Below, piece by piece: positions 30,001 through 39,700 of a stretch of 64,000 nucleotides of DNA. Source of the stretch: Eledone cirrhosa (lineage: Eukaryota). The stretch is taken from the NCBI GenBank assembly GCA_964016885.1, contig CAXHJY010000928.1:868001-932000 (forward strand), given 5' to 3'. Numbering within the stretch: position 1 is the stretch's first letter; every line of letters begins with the position of its first letter. The position numbers and the translations under genes are program-made. Under the pieces are notes generated by a model. The model saw nothing but the letters and a program-made list of their open reading frames with translations. It ran no database searches and was not told the origin of the DNA.

Positions 30001-32953
30001 GGGAGTCAAATTACTGGGAGTTAAATTACTGGGAGATAAATTACTGGGAGTTAAATTACTGGGAGTCAAATTACTGGGAGATAAATTACTTGGACTCAAA
30101 TTACTGGTAGATAAATTAATGGGAGATAAATTACTGGGAGTTAAATTACTGGGAGTCAAATTACTGGGAGAAAAATTACTGGGAGTCAAATTTCTGGGAG
30201 TCAAATTACTGGGAGATAAATTACTGGGGGTCAAATTACTGGGAGATAAATTACTGGGAGATAAATTACTGGGAGTCAAATTACTGGGAGATAAATTACT
30301 GGGAGATATATTACTGGGAGATAAATTACTGGGAGTCAAATTACTGCGAGATAAATTACTGGGAGTCAAATTACTGGGAGACAAATTACTGGGAGATAAA
30401 TTACTGGGAGTTAAATTATTGGGAGATAAATTACTGGGAGTCAAATTACTGGGAGATAAATTACTGGGAGTCAAATTACTGCGAGATAAATTACTGGGAG
30501 TCAAATTACTGGGAGACAAATTACTGGGAGATAAATTACTGGGAGTTAAATTATTGGGAGATAAATTACTGGGAGTCAAATTACTGGGAGATAAATTACT
30601 GGGAGTCAAATTACTGGGAGATAAATTACTGGGAGTCAAATTACTGGGAGATAAATTACTGGGAGTCAAATTACTGCGAGATAAATTACTGGGAGTTAAA
30701 TTACTGGGAACTAAATTACTGGGAGATAAATTACTGGGAGATAAATTACTGGGAGTCAAATTACACGGAGATAAATTACTGGGAGTCAAATTACTGGGAG
30801 ATAAATTACTGGGAGTCAAATTACTGGGAGATAAATTACTGGGAGATAAATTACTGGGAGTTGAATTACTGGGAGTCAAATTACTGGGAGATAAATTACT
30901 GGGAGTTAAATTACTGGGAGTCAAATTACTGGGAGATAAATTACTGGGAGTTAAATTACTGGGAGTAAAATTACTGGGAGTAAAATTACTGGGAGTAAAA
31001 TTACTGTGAGTTAAATTACTGGGAGTCAAATTACTGGGAGATAAATTACTGGGAGTCAAATTACTGGGAGTTAAATTACTGGGAGTCAAATTACTGGGAG
31101 TCAAATTACTGGGAAATAAATTACTGGGAGATAAATTACTGGGAGTCAAATTACTGGGAGATAAATTACTGGGAGATAAATTACTGTGAGTTAAATTACT
31201 GGGAGATAAATTACTGGGAGTCAAATTACTGCGAGATAAATTACTGGGAGTTAAATTACTGGGAAATAAATTACTGGGAGATAAATTACTGGGAGATAAA
31301 TTACTGGGAGTCAAATTACACGGAGATAAATTAGTGGGAGTCAAATTACTGGGAGATAAATTACTGGGAGTCAAATTACTGGGAGATAAATTACTGGGAG
31401 ATAAATTACTGGGAGTTGAATTACTGGGAGTCAAATTACTGGGAGATAAATTACTGGGAGTTAAATTACTGCGAGTCAAATTACTGGGAGATAAATTACT
31501 GGGAGTTAAATTACTGGGAGTAAAATTACTGGGAGTAAAATTACTGTGAGTTAAATTACTGGGAGTCAAATTACTGGGAGATAAATTACTGGGAGTCAAA
31601 TTACTGGGAGTTAAATTACTGGGAGTCAAATTACTGGGAGTCAAATTACTGGGAGATAAATTACTGGGAGTCAAATTACTGGGAGATAAATTACTGGGAG
31701 ATAAATTACTGTGAGTTAAATTACTGGGAGATAAATTACTGGGAGTCAAATTACTGGGAGATAAATTACTGGGAGTTAAATTACTGGGAGTCAAATTACT
31801 GGGAGATAAATTACTGGGACTCAAATTACTGGGAGTTAAATTACTGGGAGTCAAACTACTGGGAGATAAATTACTGGGAGATAAATTACTGGGAGATAAA
31901 TTACTGGGAGATAAATTACTGGGAGATAAATTACTGGGATTCAAATTACTGCGAGATAAATTACTGGGAGATATATTACTGGGAGATAAATTACTGGGAG
32001 TCAAATTACTGCGAGATAAATTACTGGGAGTCAAATTACTGGGAGACAAATTACTGGGAGATAAATTACTGGGAGTCAAATTACTGGGAGATAAATTACT
32101 GGGAGTCAAATTACTGGGAGATAAACTACTGGGAGATAAATTACTGGGAGTCAAATTACTGGGAGATAAATTACTGGGAGTCAAATTACTGGGAGATAAA
32201 TTACTGGGAGATAAATTACTGGGAGTCAAATTACTGGGAGATAAATTACTGGGAGTTAAATTACTGGGAGTTAAATTACTGGGAGTCAAATTACTGGGAG
32301 ATAAATTACTGGGAGTCAAACTACTGGGAGATAAATTACTGAGAGATAAATTACTGGGAGTCAAATTACTGAGAGATAAATTACTGGGAGATAAATTACT
32401 GGGAGATAAATTACTGGGAGTCAAATTACTGCGAGATAAATTACTGGGAGTTAAATTACTGGGAGTCAAATTACTGGGAGTTAAATTACTGGGAGTCAAA
32501 TTACTGGGAGATAAATTACTGGGAGTCAAACTACTGGGAGATAAATTACTGAGAGATAAATTACTGGGAGTCAAATTACTGAGAGATAAATTACTGGGAG
32601 ATAAATTACTGGGAGATAAATTAATGGGAGATAAATTACTGGGAGATAAATTACTGGGAGATAAATTACTGGGATTCAAATTACTGCGAGATAAATTACT
32701 GGGAGATAAATTACTGGGAGATAAATTACTGGGAGTTAAATTACTGGGAGATAAATTACTGGGAGATAAATTACTGGGAGATAAATTACTGGGAGTCAAA
32801 TTACAGGGAGATAAATTACTGGGAGTCAAATTACTGGGAGATAAATTACTGGGAGTCAAATTACTGGGAGATAAATTACTGGGAGATAAATTACTGTGAG
32901 TTAAAATACTGGGAGTCAAATTACTGGGAGATAAATTACCGGGAGTAAAATTA
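1..32953 (+). repeat. 15-bp tandem satellite/minisatellite array, consensus AAATTACTGGGAG(AT|TC|TT), ~2,200 units, runs off the left window edge
   Basis: Uninterrupted 15-bp periodicity. Three dominant variants (...GGGAGAT, ...GGGAGTC, ...GGGAGTT) plus recurrent rare variants (TGCGAGAT, TGTGAGTT, ACACGGAG, GGGAAAT, TATTGGG). Occasional 16-bp and 14-bp units. The array ends with degenerate units at ~32,930-32,953 (ATTACCGGGAGTAAAATTA). Confidence 0.99.
16000..24600 (+). repeat. Tandem higher-order duplication, period 4,367 bp, within the 15-bp array (boundaries approximate)
   Basis: ORF-track pairs 16496/20863, 16755/21122, 17363/21730, 18477/22844 and 18736/23103 all differ by 4,367 and share the order of rare variants. 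Confidence 0.9.
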
Positions 32954-33188
32954 GCTATCACAATTTTCTTTATACACTTAAAAACATTACACGACCAAAA
33001 AGTACATTACTAAAAATCCCATATGTTGTAAAATAAATAGGATGGTTTGGGGTCTCAATATGTAAAGTAAACGATTAATTCTGGTTTTAAACATAAAATT
33101 ATAATGGAAGATGTTTAGATATACATTTTGAGAGAAACAGTTTGTATAATGGAACCTTCTTTCAGACTGTTTGATGTGAGAAATATGT

Positions 33189-33199
33189 AAAAAAAAAAA
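33189..33199 (+). repeat. A11 mononucleotide run in the intronic spacer
   Basis: Directly visible (TGTAAAAAAAAAAAC). Confidence 0.9.
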
Positions 33200-33214
33200 C
33201 CAACAAAACAGAGC

Positions 33215-33276
33215 TGTTGTTTATTGTATTGTTTCATTGTCTTTGTTATTTGATGTTGTTTTTATTATATTTCAAG
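33215..33276 (+). promoter_or_regulatory. 3' splice acceptor region (U-rich tract, candidate branch point TTGAT with A at 33,253, AAG acceptor)
   Basis: TGTTGTTTATTGTATTGTTTCATTGTCTTTGTTATTTGATGTTGTTTTTATTATATTTCAAG has no AG until 33,275-33,276, immediately before the STIM-like frame begins. Confidence 0.75.
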
Positions 33277-33413
33277 AGGTTCATTAGAAGTAGTACACCA
33301 AGACTTGCAAGAAAGACTGTGTCGGTGGAACGCTATTGAGCGGCTCTGTGCATTTTCTGTCACCAAAAATTCAGGACTGGCTTCTCTGAAGCAAATAATG
33401 CACCAAGACAAAC
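33277..33413 (+). CDS. STIM: Internal coding exon (137 bp, phase 2 in / phase 1 out) of a stromal interaction molecule (STIM) gene, encoding the C-terminal helix (CC3/S-alpha4) of the CAD/SOAR domain
   Basis: Manual translation: A|GGT TCA TTA... = (K/R)GSLEVVHQDLQERLCRWNAIERLCAFSVTKNSGLASLKQIMHQDK. It aligns gaplessly to human STIM1 K413-onward as recalled ([38 protein letters not shown]), keeping L-x-E-R-L-x-R-W-x-x-I-E-x-L-C-x-F-x4-N-x-G-x-x-S-L. It is flanked by a T-rich tract + AG and by GTAAAT, and is more GC-rich than its flanks. Right boundary less certain than the left. Confidence 0.88.
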
Positions 33414-33419
33414 GTAAAT
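33411..33419 (+). promoter_or_regulatory. Candidate 5' splice donor AAC|GTAAAT
   Basis: GT at 33,414-33,415 followed by AAAT, with an abrupt return to AT-rich sequence. If unused, the frame stops at TAA 33,449-33,451. Confidence 0.6.
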
Positions 33420-33464
33420 ATTTATTTCGTTTCTTCATACATAATATTTAAACTGGACTAGTAA

Positions 33465-33490
33465 CTATTATCACCATTACAATCATCATA
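33465..33490 (-). repeat. Degenerate (GAT/TGA)n trinucleotide 3' tail of the RTE element
   Basis: The minus strand reads TATGATGATTGTAATGGTGATAATAG directly downstream of the ORF end. RTE elements characteristically end in short tandem repeats rather than poly(A). Confidence 0.6.
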
Positions 33491-33790
33491 TTTACGTCTT
33501 ATTTTATATGACTTGTATGGCTTGGAAAAGTCTTTTTTTCAGCATCTCTATACATGTCACATTCTTTCATCTTCTCTGTCAGCTTCAGTGATTTGAAGTC
33601 ATCTCCCACCACCATCTTCTCCACCCAGTTCTTCCTTGGTCTTCCTTTACTGCAGTTTCCTTCCAATGGGATTTCTTGGTACTTCCACACCCAGCAATCA
33701 CCATCCATACACATCACATGTCTATACCAACACAGTCTCCTCTCCTACACACTACATCTGATTCCTCTAACACCTAGTTTCTCTCTCAGT
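33465..33790 (-). mobile_element. Decayed 3' end of an RTE-clade non-LTR retrotransposon (LINE): ORF C-terminus, short 3' region and tail
   Basis: Minus-strand translation from 33,789: LREKLGVRGIRCSV*ERRLCWYRHVMCMDGDCWVWKYQEIPLEGNCSKGRPRKNWVEKMVVGDDFKSLKLTEKM. This matches the RTE C-terminal signature RL(R)W(Y/F)GHVxRM...(V/L)xGxRxRGRPRKxWxxxVxxD. It is followed by ...AAGACGTAAATATGATGATTGTAATGGTGATAATAG. Confidence 0.87.
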
Positions 33791-36700
33791 CCATCCATAC
33801 ACATCACATGTCTATACCAACACAGTCTCCTCTCCTACACACTACATCTGATTCCTCTTATACCTAGTTTCTCCCCCAGTTCATCCATACACATCACATG
33901 TCTATACCAACACAGTCTGCTCTCCTACGACATCTGATTCCTCTTATACCTAGTTTCTCTCTCCATCCATACACATCACATGTCTATACCAACACAGTCT
34001 CCTCTCCTACATCTGATTCCTCTTATACCTACTTTATCCCCCAAGTTTCTCTCTCAGTCCATCCATACACACCACATGTCTATACCAACACAGGCTCCTC
34101 TCCTACACACTACATCTGATTCCTCTCATACCTAGTTTCTCTCTCCATCCATACACATCACATGTCTATACCAATACAGTCTCCTCTCCTACACACTACA
34201 TCTGATTCCTCTTATACCTAGTTTCTCTCTCAGTTCATCCACACACATCACATGTCTATACCAACACAGTCTCCTCTCCTACACACTACATCTGATTCAT
34301 CTTATACCTAATTTCTCTGTCAGTCCATGCATACACATCACATGTCTATACCAACACAGTCTCCTCTCCTACACACTACATCTGATTCCTCTGATACCTA
34401 GTTTCTCTCTCAGTCCATCCATACACATCACATGCCTATACCAACACAGTCTCCTCTCCTACACACTACATCTGATTCCTCTTATACCTAGTTTCTCTCT
34501 CAGTCCATCCATACACATCACATAACTATACCAACACAGTCTCCTCTCCTACATCTGGTTCCTCTTATACCTAGTTTTTCCCTCAGTCCATACATACACA
34601 TCACATGTTATATACCAACACAGTCTCCTCTCCTTCACACTACATCTGATTCCTCTTATACCTAGTTTCTCTCCCAATTCATCCATACACATCACATGTC
34701 TATACCAACACAGTCTCCTCTCCTACACACTATATCTGATTCCTCTCTTACCTAGTTTCTCTCTCCATCCATACACATCACATGTCTATACCAACACAGT
34801 CTTTTCTCCTACACACTACATCTGATTCCTCTTATACCTAGTTTCTCTCTCAGTTCATCCATTCACATCACATGTCTATACCAACACAATCTCTTCTCCT
34901 ATGCACTACATCTGATTCCTCTTCTACCTAGTTTCTGTCTCCATCCATACACATCACATGTCTATACCAACACAGGCTCATCTCCTACACACTACATCTG
35001 ATTCCTCTTATACCTAGTTTCTCTCTCAGTTCATCCATACACATCACATGTCTATACCAACACAGTCTCCTCTCCTACATCTGATTCCTCTTATACCTAG
35101 TTTCTCTCTCAGTTCATCCATACACATCGCATGTCTATACCAACACAGTCTCCTCTCCTACATCTGATTCCTCTTATACCTAGTTTCTCTCTCAGTTCAT
35201 CCATACACATCACATGTCTATACCAACAGAGTCTCCTCTCCTACACACTACATCTGATTCCTCTTATACCTAGTTTCTCTCTCAGTTCATCCATTCACAT
35301 CACATGTCTATACCAACACAATCTCTTCTCCTACGCACTACATCTGATTCCTCTTCTACCTAGTTTCTCTCTCCATCCATACACATCACATGTCTATACC
35401 AATACAGTCTCCTCTCCTACACACTACATCTGATTCCTCTTATACCTAGTTTCTCTGTCAGTCCATGCATACACATCACATGTCTATATCAACACAGTCT
35501 CCTCTCCTACACGCTACATCTGATTCCTCTTATACCTAGTTTCTCTCTCAGTCCATCCATACACATCACATAACTATACTAACACAGTCTCCTCTCCTAC
35601 ATCTGATTCCTCTTATACCTAGTTTCTCTCTCAGTCCATCCATACACATCACATGTTATATACCAACACAGTCTCCTCTCCTTCACACTACATCTGATTC
35701 CTCTTATACCTAGTTTCTCCCCCAGTTCATCCATACACATCACATGTCTATACCAACACAGTCTGCTCTCCTACGACATCTGATTCCTCTTATACCTAGT
35801 TTCTCTCTCCATCCATACACATCACATGTCTATACCAACACAGTCTCCTCTCCTACATCTGATTCCTCTTATACCTACTTTATCCCCCAAGTTTCTCTCT
35901 CAGTCCATCCATACACACCACATGACTATACCAACACAGGCTCCTCTCCTACACACTACATCTGATTCCTCTCATACCTAGTTTCTCTCTCCATCCATAC
36001 ACATCACATGTCTATACCAATACAGACTCCTCTCCTACACACTACATCTGATTCCTCTTATACCTAGTTTCTCTCTCAGTTCATCCACACACATCACATG
36101 TCTATACCAACACAGTCTCCTCTCCTACACACTACATCTGATTCATCTTATACCTAATTTCTCTGTCAGTCCATGCATACACATCACATGCCTATACCAA
36201 CACAGTCTCCTCTCCTACACACTATATCTGATTCCTCTTATACCTAGTTTCTCTCTCAGTCCATCCATACACATCACATAACTATACCAACACAGTCTCC
36301 TCTCCTACATCTGGTTCCTCTTATACCTAGTTTTTCTCTCAGTCCATACATACACATCACATGTTATATACCAACACAGTCTCCTCTCCTTCACACTACA
36401 TCTGATTCCTCTTATACCTAGTTTCTCTCCCAATTCATCCATACACATCACATGTCTATACCAACACAGTCTCCTCTCCTACACACTATATCTGATTCCT
36501 CTCTTACCTAGTTTCTCTCTCCATCCATACACATCACATGTCTATACCAACACAGTCTTTTCTCCTACACACTACATCTGATTCCTCTTATACCTAGTTT
36601 CTCTCTCAGTTCATCCATTCACATCACATGTCTATACCAACACAATCTCTTCTCCTATGCACTACATCTGATTCCTCTTCTACCTAGTTTCTGTCTCCAT

Positions 36701-39700
36701 CAATACACATCACATGTCTATACCAACACAGGCTCATCTCCTACACACTACATCTGATTCCTCTTATACATAGTTTCTCTCTCAGTTCATCCATACACAT
36801 CACATGTCTATACCAACACAGTCTCCTCTCCTACATCTGATTCCTCTTATACCTAGTTTCTCTCTCAGTTCATCCATACACATCGCATGTCTATACCAAC
36901 ACAGTCTCCTCTCCTACATCTGATTCCTCTTATACCTAGTTTCTCTCTCAGTTCATCCATACACATCACATGTCTATACCAACACGGTCTCCTCTCCTAC
37001 ACACAACATCTGATTCCTCTTAAACCTAGTTTCTCTCTCAGTTCATCCATACACATCACATGTCTATACCAACAGAGTCTCCTCTCCTACACACTACATC
37101 TGATTCCTCTTATACCTAGTTTCTCTCTCAGTTCATCCATTCACATCACATGTCTATACCAACACAATCTCTTCTCCTACGCACTACATCTGATTCCTCT
37201 TCTACCTAGTTTCTCTCTCCATCCATACACATCACATGTCTATACCAATACAGTCTCCTCTCCTACACACTACATCGGATTCCTCTTATACCTAGTTTCT
37301 CTGTCAGTCCATGCATACACATCACATGTCTATACCAACACAGTCTCCTCTCCTACACGCTACATCTGATTCCTCTGATACCTAGTTTCTCTCTCAATCC
37401 ATCCATACACATCACATGCCTATACCAACACAGTCTCCTCTCCTACACACTACATCTGATTCCTCTTATACCTAGTTTCTCTCTCAGTCCATCCATACAC
37501 ATCACATAACTATACTAACACAGTCTCCTCTCCTACATCTGATTCCTCTTATACCTAGTTTCTCTCTCAGTCCATCCATACACATCACATGTTAGATACC
37601 AACACAGTCTCCTCTCCTTCACACTACATCTGATTCCTCTTATACCTAGTTTCTCTCCCAATTCATCCACCATACACATCACATGTCTATACCAACACAG
37701 TCTCCTCTCCTACACACTATATCTTATTCCTCTCTTACCTAGTTTCTCTCTCCATCCATACACATCACATGTCTATACCAACACAGTCTTATTCTCCTAC
37801 ACACTACATCTGATTCCTCTTATACCTAGTTTCTCTCTCAGTTCATCCATTCACATCACATGTCTATACCAACACAATCTCTTCTCCTACGCACTACATC
37901 TAATTCCTCTTTTACCTAGTTTCTCTCTCCATCCATACACATTACATGTCTATACCAACACACTCTCCTCTCCTACACACTACATCTGATTCCTCTTATA
38001 CCTAGTTTCTCTCTCAGTTCATCTATACACATCACATGTCTATACCAACACAGTCTCCTCTCCTACATCTGATTTCTCTTATATCTAGTTTCTCTCTCAG
38101 TTCATCCATACACATCACATGTCTATACCAACAGAGTCTCCTCTCCTACACACTACATCTGATTCCTCTTATACCTAGTTTCTCTCTCAGTTCATCCATT
38201 CACATCACATGTCTATACCAACACAATCTCTTCTCCTACGCACTACATCTGATTCCTCTTCTACCTAGTTTCACTCTCCATCCATACACATCACATGTCT
38301 ATACCAATACAGTCTCCTCTCCTACACACTACATCTGATTCCTCTTATACCTAGTTTCTCTCTCAGTCCATCCATACACATCACATGCCTATACCAATAC
38401 AGTCTCCTCTCCTACACACTACATCTGATTCCTCTTATACCTAGTTTCTCTCTCAGTTCATCCACACACATCACATGTCTATACCAACACAGTCTCCTCT
38501 CCTACACACTACATCTGATTCCTCTTATACCTAGTTTCTCTGTCAGTCCATGCATTCACATCACATGTCTATACCAACACAATCTCTTCTCCTACGCACT
38601 ACATCTGATTCCTCTTCTACCTAGTTTCTCTCTCCATCCATACACATCACATGTCTATACCAATACAGTCTCCGCTCCTACACACTACATCTGATTACTC
38701 TTATACCTAGTTTCTCTCTCAGTTCATCCACACACATCACATGTCTATACCAACACAGTCTCCTCTCCTACACACTACATCTGATTCCTCTTATACCTAG
38801 TTTCTCTGTCAGTCCATGCATACACATCACATGTCTATACCAACACAGTCTCCTCTCCTACACGCTACATCTGATTCCTCTGATACCTAGTTTCTCTCTC
38901 AGTCCATCCATACACATCACATGCCTATACCAACACAGTCTCCTCTCCTACACACTACATCTGATTCCTCTTATACCTAGTTTCTCTGTCAGTCCATGCA
39001 TACACATCACATGTCTATACCAACACAGTCTCCTCTCCTACACGCTACATCTGATTCCTCTGATACCTAGTTTCTCTCTCAGTCCATCCATACACATCAC
39101 ATGCCTATACCAACACAGTCTCCTCTCCTACACACTACATCTGATTCCTCTTATACCTAGTTTCTCTCTCAGTCCATCCATACACATCACATAACTATAC
39201 TAACACAGTCTCCTCTCCTACATCTGATTCCTCTTATACCTAGTTTCTCTCTCAGTCCATCCATACACATCACACGTTATATACCAACACAGTCTCCTCT
39301 CCTACACACTACATCTGATTCCTCCTATACCTAGTTTCTCTCTCAGTTCATCCATACACATCACATGTCTATACCAACACAGTCTCCTCTCCTACATTTG
39401 ATTCCTCTTATATCTAGTTTCTCTCTCAGTTCATCCATACACATCACATGTCTATACCAACAGAGTCTCCTCTCCTACACACTACATCTGATTCCTCTTA
39501 TACCTAATTTCTCTCTCAGTTCATCCATTCACATCACATGTCTATACCAACACAATCTCTTCTCCTACGCACTACATCTGATTCCTCTTCTACCTAGTTT
39601 CTCTCTCCATCCATACACATCACATGTCTATACCAACAGAGTCTCCTCTCCTACACACTACATCTGATTCCTCTTATACCTAGTGTCTCTCTCAGTTCAT

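Noticed and set aside
1229-32899. + strand ORFs of (G-D/V-K-L-L)n up to 871 aa, and NYWE(I/S/L) ORFs
   Set aside because: Automatic result of a stop-free 15-bp unit. They start at sporadic variant ATG/TTG/GTG, end at TGA variants, and contain no unique sequence.
1-32953. Telomeric repeat or telomere-fusion site (G-rich strand converging on a C-rich strand)
   Set aside because: The unit is not TTAGGG-like, the two arrays are unrelated, and the junction holds an exon and a LINE end.
1-32953. Massive GATA (AGATAA) and homeodomain (TAAT) site cluster as an enhancer
   Set aside because: Short motifs are inevitably multiplied by tandem repetition; there is no independent evidence of function.
32947-33220. 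Small inverted repeats (AAAATT-AGCTATCAC-AATTTT at ~32,947; AACAG-AG-CTGTT at ~33,207) and the A11 run as a retro-element tail
   Set aside because: Stems of 5-6 bp in AT-rich DNA are expected by chance, and no recognisable SINE body or TSD accompanies the A-run.
33499-33717. 72-aa minus-strand ORF as a standalone gene
   Set aside because: It is the decayed C-terminus of the RTE ORF, with an in-frame TAG just upstream. The ATG is an internal Met of the HVMxM motif.
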